The translations under genes were made by a program, and so were the position numbers. Below are positions 9,158 through 18,696 of a DNA stretch of 64,000 nt, piece after piece. This stretch comes from Candidatus Latescibacterota bacterium (GTDB lineage: Bacteria > Latescibacterota > UBA2968 > UBA8231). The notes below the pieces were generated by a model, which worked only from the letters and a program-made list of their open reading frames with translations, had not been told where the DNA came from and did not search any database. Each line of letters begins with the position of its first letter. The stretch's first letter is position 1. The DNA lies in NCBI GenBank assembly GCA_965261395.1, contig OZ253462.1, positions 640,001-704,000 on the forward strand. Direction: 5' to 3'.

Positions 9158-9920
9158 TCTCGGGCGGCGGCTGACCGACTACCAACTCACCTGCCTTGAG
9201 AAAAGGCTCGGCATTCCCCCAGAGTTTGCTGCCGTCTGCCGAGGTCATCGGCTCGCAGGAGTACTGGGCCAAATACACGCGGCGCATCTGATTGGTGTTG
9301 TTGGTGCCGCTGGAGTGGAAGTTGTAGCTGGTGAAGACGGCAATGCTGCCGGCCGGAGCGATGACCGAGACGCCGGGGTCGCTGCCGAAATAGCCGATCA
9401 AATCGTTGCTCCCCTCCTCGCGGACGTGCTTGACCCACGTGCGAATGCCCGAGCGCGAAAAAGGCAGCAAGTGGACGGTGCCATTGGCCTCGGACATGTC
9501 GTCGAGGGCGCACCAACAGGTTAAATACGGCTTGTGATCCGGGTAGCCGACGTAGCCCGAGTCTTGGTGCCAGGAGAACTTCATGCCGGCCTCGGCACCC
9601 TTGACTACGTATTGCTCCCAAAACAAGTAGGCGTCGTCGCCTAGGGTGGCTTGGCAGATTGCGGCCATTAGGGGGCTGAAGAGAAACTCGCGCAGGCGCG
9701 GCTGCGCGCGGAAGCAGTTGGAGACAAAGTAGCGGCTGTTGCGGTGATTGAGACCCAAGGTATCCGTGCCCTCGGCGTCCATCCGGGCGTTGGCTTTGTC
9801 GATGAAGTCTTGGCATTCGCCGCGCAGGAGATCGAGGTGGTGGGCGGGGACGGCGTTTTCGAGGATGAAATAGCCCTCTTCTTTGAATTGCTGCTTTTGG
9901 GCATCGGTGATCTGGTGCAT
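9138..9920 (-). CDS. PhyH family dioxygenase
   Basis: EEGYFILENAV, WHQD, FHSSG..RR. Confidence 0.92.
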   Translation of the reverse strand: MHQITDAQKQQFKEEGYFILENAVPAHHLDLLRGECQDFIDKANARMDAEGTDTLGLNHRNSRYFVSNCFRAQPRLREFLFSPLMAAICQATLGDDAYLFWEQYVVKGAEAGMKFSWHQDSGYVGYPDHKPYLTCWCALDDMSEANGTVHLLPFSRSGIRTWVKHVREEGSNDLIGYFGSDPGVSVIAPAGSIAVFTSYNFHSSGTNNTNQMRRVYLAQYSCEPMTSADGSKLWGNAEPFLKAGELVVGQPPPEITKSAP

Positions 9921-10063
9921 GAATCGCTCCCGTCGATTGCAATGTTAATGTAAACTGAGGCGATATACTGATAGGCAGAACCCAAGAGACACGCAACCGC
10001 GCCAAAGGAAATAACATGCTCGCCGAACAGCACAACGGCCCAAGCGAACGCTGGAGCATCTGA

Positions 10064-10696
10064 ATGGAAACCCCGGCAATACTCCAAGCGCTGGAACTGA
10101 CCTCTTGGTGGGAGGTGCCGGCTGTTGTCTTGGCTATTCTCTACTTGGTACTGGCGGCGCGGGAAAACATCTGGTGTTGGGCGGCAGCTTTCGCTAGTAC
10201 CGCGATTTACATCCACGTCTTCTTCGATGTTAAGCTGTTCTTAGAGTCGGGCCTACAGATTTACTACTTGGGCATGGCGGTCTATGGCTGGTACCAGTGG
10301 CGGCGGCCCACCGATCAATCCGCAACGCTGCCCATTTCTACCTGGTCACTCAAAAAGCACATTGTGGTCATTGCTGCGACGGGAGTGGTGGTGGTGACGT
10401 CTGGGTACCTTTTGAGCGAAAACACAACGGCGGCATTGCCTTATGTCGATGCCTTCACCACCTGGTATGCGGTGGTGACGACCTATATGGTGACAAAGAA
10501 GATTTTGGAGAATTGGGGGTACTGGTTTGTCATCGATAGTGTCTCGGTTTATCTCTACTACAGCCGAGGGCTTTACCTGACCGCTTTGTTGTTTGTCGCC
10601 TATCTGATTATCATCGTCTTTGGCTATCTGAAATGGAAAAAGGAGTACGACCAGCAAATGTCCGAATCAACTCTTGAAGGTGAATTGAGCAAGTGA
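10064..10696 (+). CDS. pnuC: PnuC family vitamin (nicotinamide riboside-like) transporter
   Basis: Multi-TM protein with YGWYQW, PYVDAFTT, ENWGYW and GYLKWK motifs. Confidence 0.88.
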   Translation: METPAILQALELTSWWEVPAVVLAILYLVLAARENIWCWAAAFASTAIYIHVFFDVKLFLESGLQIYYLGMAVYGWYQWRRPTDQSATLPISTWSLKKHIVVIAATGVVVVTSGYLLSENTTAALPYVDAFTTWYAVVTTYMVTKKILENWGYWFVIDSVSVYLYYSRGLYLTALLFVAYLIIIVFGYLKWKKEYDQQMSESTLEGELSK

Positions 10697-10700
10697 GCGT

Positions 10701-11558
10701 ATGAAACGAACAGAGACATGCGGGCCTGTGGCCATCCAAGGGCACGTCGGGTCGTTCAGCGAGGCGGCGGCGCGGGCCTATTTTTCCCCAGAGACCCAAC
10801 TGGTGTCACAACCCGATTTCAAGGCGCTTTTCGCCTCAGTGGAAGACGGGTCTTGCGCTTGCGGAGTCGTGCCGATCGAAAATTCGCTAATGGGCAGCAT
10901 CCACGAGAATTACGACCTGCTGCTGCAGAGCGATGTGCACATCGGCGGCGAAATTAAACTGCGCATCGTTCACAACCTCATCGTCAATCCTGGCGTGCAG
11001 CTAGCGGACATCCGCTACATCGCGTCGCAGCCGCCCGCCTTGGCCCAATGCACTCACTTCATCGACTCGCTGGCAAGTGCTCAGACGATAGCGGCGGAAG
11101 ATACGGCCGGAGCGGTCAAAGAGCTGGCCGCCAGCGGCGCGCGTGACCGAGCGGCCATAGCCGGAGCGCCAGCGGCCGCCGCGTACGGGATGGAGATCCT
11201 CGTCCCCGGCATTGAGGACGCCACCCACAACTTTACTCGCTTCTTGGTGGTGAGCCGCCGCGCCGCGCCAGCACCGACCGAGCCAGCCAAAGCCACGCTC
11301 GTCTTTGGGCTAAAAGACGTGCCGGGCGCGCTGTGCCGGAGCCTCGCGGCCTTTGCCGAGCGCGGCATCAACCTGCTCAAAATCGAGTCGCGACCCATGG
11401 CCGAGCGGCCTTGGGAATACGTCTTCTATCTGGATTTGGAGGGTCACTTGGGACAGGCGGCTTGCGCCCAAGCCGTAGAGCAGCTTCAGGAGACTACCGA
11501 ATTCGTCCGCATCTTGGGCTCGTACCGACAGGGCGATACGGTCGATAACCTTGGGTAA
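10701..11558 (+). CDS. pheA: Prephenate dehydratase with ACT domain
   Basis: GVVPIENS, NFTRFLV, PGAL...INLLKIESRP. Confidence 0.92.
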   Translation: MKRTETCGPVAIQGHVGSFSEAAARAYFSPETQLVSQPDFKALFASVEDGSCACGVVPIENSLMGSIHENYDLLLQSDVHIGGEIKLRIVHNLIVNPGVQLADIRYIASQPPALAQCTHFIDSLASAQTIAAEDTAGAVKELAASGARDRAAIAGAPAAAAYGMEILVPGIEDATHNFTRFLVVSRRAAPAPTEPAKATLVFGLKDVPGALCRSLAAFAERGINLLKIESRPMAERPWEYVFYLDLEGHLGQAACAQAVEQLQETTEFVRILGSYRQGDTVDNLG

Positions 11559-11564
11559 GCCCGC

Positions 11565-12518
11565 TTAAGCGCCCACGGCGCGGGTGCGAACTTGGTCGAG
11601 GCCGACGGCCAACAGGAGCACTGCGCCGCGCGTTACATCCTGCCAGAAGCTCGACACATCCATCAGCGTCAGCCCGTTGTTGAGGGTGCCGAGCAAAAGC
11701 ACCGCCAACAAGGTACCCCAGACCGTGCCGCGCCCCCCGAAGAGACTCGTGCCACCCAAGATCACGGCCGCGATCACCGTCAACAGATGCTGCCCCGCCG
11801 CGTCGGGTGCCGCCGCGTAGAGCATGGCCGCCAGGATTAGACCGCTGACCGCTCCGCTGAGGCCGGAGAGGACGTAGAGGATCATCAAGGTGCGGGCGAC
11901 GGGAACGCCAACGAGCCGGCTAGCTTCGGCGTTGCTGCCTGCGGCATAAACGAAGCGACCGAAGCGAGTTCGGGCGAGCACCCAGCCGAGTGCGCCATAG
12001 ACCAGCAGCATCAATACCAGCGGCACCGGCAGCCGCAAAAGCTGGCCACTGCCGAGCCAGTTGAAACCGGCTTCCATCAGCGGTTTGGTTAGCCCGCCGG
12101 TCAGGACTAGGGCCAGCCCACCGATGACGCTCATCGTGCCCATGGTGGCGATAAGCGGGTTGAGCCCGAGGCGTACGGCCAACAGGCCGTTGAGCAGTCC
12201 GATGCCCCCGCCCAGTGCCAGCGCGATGAGACAAGCGGTGACAATGCCGACGCCCAAGGCGTGGAGCAGCGCGACGACGACCCCGGCCAGCCCGGCCACT
12301 GCCGCCACCGACAAGTCGAGACCCCCGGCGATGATCAGCGGCGTTTGCAACGCGCACATCAGGCCGATAAAGGCCATATTAGCGCCAATGCTCATCATAT
12401 TGTCGAAGGACAAAAACCAAGGCGAGAGTACGCTGAAGAGCACGGCGACCAAGAGGTAGAACGCCAACAACAAGGCGACGCCAGCACCGGGGCGATTTAA
12501 TAAAGCAGCGATACTCAT
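11565..12518 (-). CDS. Sugar ABC transporter permease (RbsC-like)
   Basis: GGLDLSV, TRFGR..YA.GSN.EA, IAAVILGGTSLFGGRG; start MSIAALL at 12518. Confidence 0.93.
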   Translation of the reverse strand: MSIAALLNRPGAGVALLLAFYLLVAVLFSVLSPWFLSFDNMMSIGANMAFIGLMCALQTPLIIAGGLDLSVAAVAGLAGVVVALLHALGVGIVTACLIALALGGGIGLLNGLLAVRLGLNPLIATMGTMSVIGGLALVLTGGLTKPLMEAGFNWLGSGQLLRLPVPLVLMLLVYGALGWVLARTRFGRFVYAAGSNAEASRLVGVPVARTLMILYVLSGLSGAVSGLILAAMLYAAAPDAAGQHLLTVIAAVILGGTSLFGGRGTVWGTLLAVLLLGTLNNGLTLMDVSSFWQDVTRGAVLLLAVGLDQVRTRAVGA

Positions 12519-14026
12519 TGAGGGGCCTTCGCGGTCGGGGTGTGGAGCAAGTCGGCCGGAGCCGCGCCGCCAGAAAAGCGGCTGGACACCCGACCGCGGT
12601 CGAGGACGATGGAACGGTCGCAGACGCCGGCGACTTCTTCGGCGTCGGAGGAAATCAAGAGCACGGCAAGCCCCTGTTGGGTCCACTGCCGCAGCGCCAA
12701 GTAGAGCTCGTGGCGGGCGCCCAAGTCCACGCCTCGGGTCGGTTCTTCGAGGATGAGCACCTTGAGGCCCTCGACCAACCAGCGGGCCAAGCAGGCCTTC
12801 TGCTGGTTGCCGCCCGAGAGCAAGCGCAGCGGTTGGTCGAGGTGAGCGGCGCGAATCCCCAAGCGGTCGATCCAGCTTTGCGCGTGGCTTGCTTCGCGCG
12901 GCTTGGACACGGAAAACAAGCGCACGAAGCGGTCGATAAAGGGCAGGGTGATATTGGCACGGACGCCGAGGTCGGGGACGATGCCCTCGCGTTGGCGTTC
13001 GGCAGCGACAAAACCGATGCCCGCGTCGCGGCCCCGGCGCGGGTTGGTCGGGGTATAGGGCGCACCTCCGAGCGCAATGCGTGCGTTGGGCAGCGGACCT
13101 AGCGCACCGTAGATGGCCCGGCCGAGTTGGTCAATTCCCGAGCCAAGCAGGCCGAAGACGCCGAGAATCTCGCCGCGGTGGATCGCAAAGGACACGTTGT
13201 CGAGCGCGCCGGGCAAGCTCAGGTTCTCGACCTCCAGCGCGACCTCGCCGGTGCTTGCGCCGCGCGGTGGGTAGAGTTCGTCAACAGTGGTGCCGAGCAT
13301 GGCGTCGAGGACGTCGCGCCGCGAAGCAGTGGCGGTGGCGAAGTCGCCGGCGTTTAGCCCATCGCGGAGCACGGTGATGCGGTCGGCGATCTCGAAGACC
13401 TCGTCGAGGTAGTGGGAGATGTAGATGATGCCGATCTGCTGCGCCTTGAGTCGCTCGACCACGGCGAAGAGCGCTTGCACCTCACGATCGGCGAGGGCGG
13501 CGGTCGGCTCGTCCATGACGATGATCCGCGCTTGACCAGCGAGGGCGCGGGCGATTTCGACTAGGCGCTTGTGCGGCGCGGAAAGCCGATGTACCGGCGC
13601 GTCGGGATCGAGGTCGCAGCCGAGCCGATCGAGCAATGCCCGCGCTTTGGCGCGCAGCGCCGGGCGATCTACCTGTTTGCCAAGCCACGAGCGTTTGAGC
13701 GGCAGGTCGGCGATGAGGATGTTTTCGGCGACCGTGAGATCGGGCAAGACCGATACTTCCTGGGGCAAAAAGCGGACGCCGTGGGCGATGGCCTCCTCGG
13801 GCCGGTCGTAGCGCACTGCCTGACCGTCGCAGTGGATGGTACCGGCGTCGCGGCGGTACACGCCGCAGAGGATCTTCACTAGGGTGGATTTACCCGCCCC
13901 GTTGGCGCCCAGCAGCGCTAGGACCTCCCCGGCGTCTAAACGGAGATCGACCTCGCGTAAGACCTGGGCGCTGCCGAAGGATTTGCAGATGCCTGCCATC
14001 TGCAACAAGGGTGCGGTATGGCCCAT
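12515..14026 (-). CDS. Sugar ABC transporter ATP-binding protein (RbsA-like, two NBDs)
   Basis: GANGAGKS, MDEPT, LSGGNQQK. Confidence 0.95.
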   Translation of the reverse strand: MGHTAPLLQMAGICKSFGSAQVLREVDLRLDAGEVLALLGANGAGKSTLVKILCGVYRRDAGTIHCDGQAVRYDRPEEAIAHGVRFLPQEVSVLPDLTVAENILIADLPLKRSWLGKQVDRPALRAKARALLDRLGCDLDPDAPVHRLSAPHKRLVEIARALAGQARIIVMDEPTAALADREVQALFAVVERLKAQQIGIIYISHYLDEVFEIADRITVLRDGLNAGDFATATASRRDVLDAMLGTTVDELYPPRGASTGEVALEVENLSLPGALDNVSFAIHRGEILGVFGLLGSGIDQLGRAIYGALGPLPNARIALGGAPYTPTNPRRGRDAGIGFVAAERQREGIVPDLGVRANITLPFIDRFVRLFSVSKPREASHAQSWIDRLGIRAAHLDQPLRLLSGGNQQKACLARWLVEGLKVLILEEPTRGVDLGARHELYLALRQWTQQGLAVLLISSDAEEVAGVCDRSIVLDRGRVSSRFSGGAAPADLLHTPTAKAPQ

Positions 14027-14027
14027 G

Positions 14028-15200
14028 CTAGTGGTCGGGGATCAACTGCTCGTAGCCGGCGAGTTCGGGCTTGCCCTTCAGGGTGGCCAGATGTTCGACA
14101 AAGGCTTCCTGTGGGAAGACGTAGTCGAAGCCCGGCTCGCCTTGGCATTCGTACTCAGGGTAGAATTGGCAGATATTGGCTGGCTGGACCATTACGTGGT
14201 TGACCGAGACCGCCGGCGGCACGTCGCGGCCAGCTAGACGCATCAGACTCAGCGGGATGAGATAGTTGCCGTAGCGCTCGGGGAAATAGGCGACCGAGGC
14301 GATGAAGTGCTCCTCGGCGACCATCGTCTCCAGCTCGTCGGCACCCTTGCCGACGACCAGCGCGTCTTCGCCGCGCCCCTGCTGCTGTACGGCGCGCAGC
14401 ATGCCGGAGACTGACTGGTCGTTAATGGCGGTGATCAGGATTGGCGCACCTTGGGGGATGCGTCCAAGCGCGTTGCTCATCTGCTGGAAGGAGTACTGTA
14501 GCGTATTCTTGGTGTCGATGCGGATGATGCGCTCGGGCGGGAAGCCGGGCAGCGAGGCGAGGAATCCGGCGATCTGCCCCTCGGTGCGCATGGCCGGGAT
14601 CGCGCCCGACTGCGGCAGTTCGCCAACGACGAAATACCCCTCGGTGAGCGCCTGATCGCCAAAGCGCACTTTGGCCGCCTGCGCCAGATAGGAGCCGCCC
14701 ATAAAACCCGAGCGGGGGTTGTTGGCGCCGAAGTAGGTGGCACCCGGCATGGGGATGTCGATGGCGACCACGCCGATCTGCTTGCGGTTGAAGTGCTGCA
14801 TGATCGCCGGGCCGAAATTGACGTCGGTTTGGAACTCGATGCAGAAGTCAACTTGGCGTCGGGCAAAGCTCTCGGCGTTGGCGAGGGCGGTCGGCCCGTC
14901 GAGCCGATTGTCGGCGATCAGCAGTTCGATGCCGGCGGCCTCGGCGTTGCGCTCAATGCTCTTTTCGACCTTGATGCCAAAGCTGATGTCGCGCTGCAGG
15001 TTGGCAAAGCCAAAGACTAGGTTTGCGCCATTTTTAGGGGGCGAGTGTTGCGCGGCTTCGGCAGCCATAGCCTGTAGCGCTGCCGGCGGGAGCATCAGCC
15101 CGTCGTAGGTCGCCGGGTCGAAGCCGTGGAACCCTTCGCTCGATGCTGGGACTGGGGCGAGAAACAGACAGGTGACGAGAATAAGTCGATTCGGAATCAT
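14028..15200 (-). CDS. Sugar ABC transporter periplasmic binding protein
   Basis: Signal peptide; VVAIDIP...YFGANN...GFMGG RbsB-like pattern; leads the ABC operon. Confidence 0.85.
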   Translation of the reverse strand: MIPNRLILVTCLFLAPVPASSEGFHGFDPATYDGLMLPPAALQAMAAEAAQHSPPKNGANLVFGFANLQRDISFGIKVEKSIERNAEAAGIELLIADNRLDGPTALANAESFARRQVDFCIEFQTDVNFGPAIMQHFNRKQIGVVAIDIPMPGATYFGANNPRSGFMGGSYLAQAAKVRFGDQALTEGYFVVGELPQSGAIPAMRTEGQIAGFLASLPGFPPERIIRIDTKNTLQYSFQQMSNALGRIPQGAPILITAINDQSVSGMLRAVQQQGRGEDALVVGKGADELETMVAEEHFIASVAYFPERYGNYLIPLSLMRLAGRDVPPAVSVNHVMVQPANICQFYPEYECQGEPGFDYVFPQEAFVEHLATLKGKPELAGYEQLIPDH

Positions 15201-15210
15201 AAAAATCTCC

Positions 15211-16529
15211 GTGAGAGACCGTCGTCTTTAGGCGACGGCAGGATAACGGTTCAACAGGCGATGGGCTGGCAATGCACAAGGCATTATCTGTCCCTGAGTC
15301 TGTTGAAATCTACATCTTTGCGTAATGAAAATAAACTCACTATGTTTAGGTGCATGGAAACGATTAGGACCCTCTCTTGCAAGTTGGTGGTTCCGCCGCC
15401 GGTAGCTGCTCGCATTGACGCGACACTTGAAGCGTTTGCCGCAGCCTGCAACTTCGTGGCTGATTGGGGAAATGAGCACAAGCGCCATCGCCAATACGAT
15501 CTGCACAAGGGCTGCTACCGCGACGTGCGCGAGCAGTTCGGTCTGTCGGCTAACCTCGCCGTCCGTGCTATTGCTCGGGTTGCGCCCCGGTTGGCTAATC
15601 CTAAGACGCGGCACAGTCAGTTCAAGCCGACCAGCATCGACTACGACGCTCGCATCTTCAAGCTGGACGTGTCGAGCGAGACGGTCAGCTTGCGCCTGCT
15701 GGATGGTCGCTGCATCCTCGCGCTGGCCTTGGGGGACTTTCAGCGCGAAGGGTTGGTTGGTCAGAACCCCACTAGTGCCACGCTCAAGAGAGGCCACAAG
15801 AATCGTTACTACCTCGATGTTCAGGTTAAAGACGAAGCGCCCGAGCCGCCCAATGATGCGGACCTTGATGCCACCCTCGGCGTCGATCTGGGGCTCCGCC
15901 AGATCGCCACCGATTCCGCAGGACACCAGTTTCAAGGGCAAGACCTTGCCGACTATCGCCAGCATCGCGCTGACATTCGTGCGTCGTTGCAGGCGAAGGC
16001 AGATACCGGCAGTCAATCCACGCGCAAGGCGTGTCGCCGGGCACTCAAACGGCTTTCCGGTCGGGAGCGACGCCACCAGAAACGGGTCAACCACGAAATC
16101 AGCAAGCAGCTTGTCGTCTTCGCCAAAGAACACGGGCTGGCTATTGTCTTCGAGTGCCTGAAGGGCATCCGTGACCGCTGCCGGTTCCGCAAGAGACAGC
16201 GCCGACCACTCCACTTGTGGGCGTTCTACCAGCTTCAGCAGTTTGTCGAGTACAAAGCTGCTCGTGCGGGCATCCGCGTCGTGTTCGTCGATCCGCGCTA
16301 CACGTCTAAGACATGCGCGGAATGCTTGTATATCGGCCTTCGCCGTCAAGATGATTTCTCCTGCCAAAATTGTGGGCAGCGTTCCCATGCCGATTTCAAC
16401 GCGGCGAGGAACATTGCCCGCTGGGGCCTCGCTGTAATCCGAGGCGAATACTCCCTACTCTCCTGTGCGCTCCCAAGCGGCGGATGAGTGGGAGGGTAAA
16501 GCTGCCTGCTTTAGCGGCAGTGCGATTAC
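15211..16529 (+). mobile_element. IS200/IS605-family, tnpB-only (IS1341-like) element; left boundary approximate
   Basis: Left hairpin CCGTCGTC-TTTA-GGCGACGG (15219-15238); right hairpin CTGCC.GC-TTTA-GCGGCAG (16502-16520) preceded by AAAG and followed by TTAC (16526-16529); no tnpA. Confidence 0.8.
15354..16487 (+). CDS. tnpB: TnpB RNA-guided endonuclease
   Basis: RuvC-I LGVDLG, RuvC-II VFECL, CAEC/CQNC zinc finger, RuvC-III HADFNAARNI. Confidence 0.93.
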   Translation: METIRTLSCKLVVPPPVAARIDATLEAFAAACNFVADWGNEHKRHRQYDLHKGCYRDVREQFGLSANLAVRAIARVAPRLANPKTRHSQFKPTSIDYDARIFKLDVSSETVSLRLLDGRCILALALGDFQREGLVGQNPTSATLKRGHKNRYYLDVQVKDEAPEPPNDADLDATLGVDLGLRQIATDSAGHQFQGQDLADYRQHRADIRASLQAKADTGSQSTRKACRRALKRLSGRERRHQKRVNHEISKQLVVFAKEHGLAIVFECLKGIRDRCRFRKRQRRPLHLWAFYQLQQFVEYKAARAGIRVVFVDPRYTSKTCAECLYIGLRRQDDFSCQNCGQRSHADFNAARNIARWGLAVIRGEYSLLSCALPSGG

Positions 16530-16550
16530 AGATGCACTTTCGTTTGGAAA
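16380..16550 (+). ncRNA. Putative omegaRNA/reRNA overlapping the tnpB 3' end (5' boundary unknown)
   Basis: Stem CTCCCTACTC (16451-16460)/GAGTGGGAG (16486-16494), then the right-end hairpin; the guide would be the flank after TTAC. Confidence 0.5.
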
Positions 16551-16633
16551 TGGGCTGAGAATATACGGAGCGGCTAGCGGGTGGCTCAAGGTGCGGGGTG
16601 GATGCCACCGCGCTCAGCCTACTTTTCAGGAGC

Positions 16634-16667
16634 GATGCGGTTCGTTAAGATGCGGTTCGTTAAGATG
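16634..16667. repeat. 15-bp direct tandem duplication GATGCGGTTCGTTAA x2
   Basis: Read directly from the sequence. Confidence 0.85.
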
Positions 16668-16762
16668 TCCGTCCCGTCGCCGTTGCGATTGACAGAAACC
16701 AAGCCGCATACCAGCGCCCGCAGCAGAGGAGTGCTGGCGACAATACCGAAAAGGAAAACACT

Positions 16763-17899
16763 ATGCTGACCAAAGAAGGATGCCGCACGCGGCAGCAACG
16801 CCTGTGTGCGCGGCTGGCCGAACTCGACATCGATGCGGCCGTGATCAATCACCCAAAGGAAATCTACTACTTCACTGGGATAATCATCCCCGAAGAGTTT
16901 CCTGGCCCGCCGGCGCTCCTCTGGCTGGGGGCTGATGGGCGCTCCTTGCTGATCGCGCATACCGACGAAGGCGAGCCGTGCGCCGACGAGTGTTTCACCT
17001 TTTCCCTCAGCGTCGGCGGCACGGTCACGCCCGACTTGCGCGAGGTGATAAGTGGGCTAATCGTCGATACGCTGCGGGCCAAAAAGCCGGCGGCTGGGCG
17101 CTTGGGCTGGCAGAGCGAGTTTTTGCCGCGTCGCTTGGGACTGGCGGTTGAGGAAGGGCTGGGCAAAACGCCCGCATGGGTCGCGGTTGATGATCTGCTC
17201 GCCGACATGCAGGAGGTCAAGGATCCCGACGAAATCGAGCTGCTGCGCAAGGTCGTGCAGGTCGATTTGGCGGCCTACGCCGCGGCGGAAGCGGCGATCG
17301 CTCCGGGCGTCAACGAGCTGGAGGTGCTAGCAGCGGCGCAGCGAGCAGCGCATCTGGCGGCCGGTGAGAAGGTTTTCCACGACGGCGACTACCAGTGCGG
17401 CGAACTGGGCGGTTTTGCGCGCAATCGCCCGATTGAGGCCGGAGAAATCTACGTCATCGACGCTTGGTCGGTGTACCGCGGCTATTGGGCCGACTTGTGC
17501 CGCAGCTTTGCGGTGGGCGAGCCGACCGAGGTGCAGCATTCCGTCTTCGAGCACGTCAAGGGCTTTCACGACCGCGTCGGCGAGTATTTGCGACCGGGCA
17601 AGGACGGCCGCGAATGCGCGGTGGCCATGGACGCCTATATCCGCGAGCATCCCAAGCTGGCCGACGTCGGCTTGATCCACCACGCCGGGCACAACATCGG
17701 CCTGCGGGCGCACCAGATGCCCGATCTCAACAAGGAGCGCGGCGGCACCCTGCGCGTGGGCAATGTGGTCTCGGTCGAGCCGGGGGCCTATATCCCCGAG
17801 GCGCGGGCAGGGGTGCGATTGGAAAACATGTACCTGATTACCGAGGACGGCTTGGAGAACTTGTCGCCGTATCCAATGGAATTGGGGGCGCACTGTTGA
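16763..17899 (+). CDS. Xaa-Pro peptidase (M24) family protein
   Basis: VKDPDEIE, D...YRGYWADLCRS, HHAGHNIGL, VEPG, GVRLEN. Confidence 0.9.
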   Translation: MLTKEGCRTRQQRLCARLAELDIDAAVINHPKEIYYFTGIIIPEEFPGPPALLWLGADGRSLLIAHTDEGEPCADECFTFSLSVGGTVTPDLREVISGLIVDTLRAKKPAAGRLGWQSEFLPRRLGLAVEEGLGKTPAWVAVDDLLADMQEVKDPDEIELLRKVVQVDLAAYAAAEAAIAPGVNELEVLAAAQRAAHLAAGEKVFHDGDYQCGELGGFARNRPIEAGEIYVIDAWSVYRGYWADLCRSFAVGEPTEVQHSVFEHVKGFHDRVGEYLRPGKDGRECAVAMDAYIREHPKLADVGLIHHAGHNIGLRAHQMPDLNKERGGTLRVGNVVSVEPGAYIPEARAGVRLENMYLITEDGLENLSPYPMELGAHC

Positions 17900-18696
17900 G
17901 CGAGGTGCTCGAATTTGCCGAAGACCTCGCCCGGCGCGCTGGTGTGCTAATCGCCAAAGCACGGGCGGACCGGGCGCTGGATCTGAGCTACAAGGAAGGG
18001 ATCGAGCTGTTGACGTCGGCTGATCTGCAGTCCGACCAGCTCATCCGCAGCGAGATCGAAAAGACCTTCCCCGAACACTACATCCTCTCCGAAGAGTCTT
18101 CGCCCGACATTGCGGATCCCGCACGGCTACGCGGCTCTTTGTGGGTCATCGACCCGATTGACGGCACCGTCAACTACGCCTATAACCAGCACCAAGTAGC
18201 CGTGTCCATTGCCTTTGCTAAAGGCGGCCAAGTGCAGGTCGGAGTGGTGCACTGCCCGTTTGTGGACGAGACCTTTACCGCTCGGCGCGGTGCAGGTGCT
18301 TGGCTCAACGGCCAAGCCATCCGGGCCAGCGAGTGCAATCAGCTATCCCGCGCCCTGATTGGCACGGGCTTCCCCTACGCAGCCGAGGAAAGAGTGGCAC
18401 TGGTGGAGCGCTTGCGCCGCGTCCTCGGACACTGCCGCGACATCCGCCGCGTAGGCTCGGCTGCAATTGATCTCTGCTGGGTGGCGATGGGCCGACTCGA
18501 CGGCTTTTACGAGGCGCTCAAGCCCTGGGACTTGGCGGCAGCGGCCCTGATTGCGCGGGAAGCGGGCGCTCACGTCGGGCACTTACAACCTGTGGAGGGC
18601 GAGCTGCCAGAAGAATTGGACGGCCGCGACTTGGTCGCAGCCGCGCCGGGAATCTACCAACAACTGGTCGCGCTTTTGCGCGGCACCCCGTCGTAG
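17896..18696 (+). CDS. suhB: Inositol monophosphatase family protein (SuhB-like)
   Basis: WVIDPIDGTVNY, GSAAIDLC, WDLAAA; TTG start overlapping the upstream stop. Confidence 0.88.
   Translation: MSEVLEFAEDLARRAGVLIAKARADRALDLSYKEGIELLTSADLQSDQLIRSEIEKTFPEHYILSEESSPDIADPARLRGSLWVIDPIDGTVNYAYNQHQVAVSIAFAKGGQVQVGVVHCPFVDETFTARRGAGAWLNGQAIRASECNQLSRALIGTGFPYAAEERVALVERLRRVLGHCRDIRRVGSAAIDLCWVAMGRLDGFYEALKPWDLAAAALIAREAGAHVGHLQPVEGELPEELDGRDLVAAAPGIYQQLVALLRGTPS

Noticed and set aside
9921-10063. Possible TPP or NAD riboswitch upstream of pnuC
   Set aside because: Only CTGAG is present; no matching aptamer architecture is visible.
15228-16388. Long antisense or alternate-frame ORFs (for example 15228-16388, 30003-31385, 45236-46030, 9187-10059)
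   Set aside because: Shadow ORFs of real genes in GC-rich DNA, with no family motifs.
15354-16487. TnpB as a Cas12f or nuclease-dead TldR regulator
   Set aside because: No CRISPR array or cas genes nearby, all RuvC catalytic residues are present, and IS end hairpins are intact.
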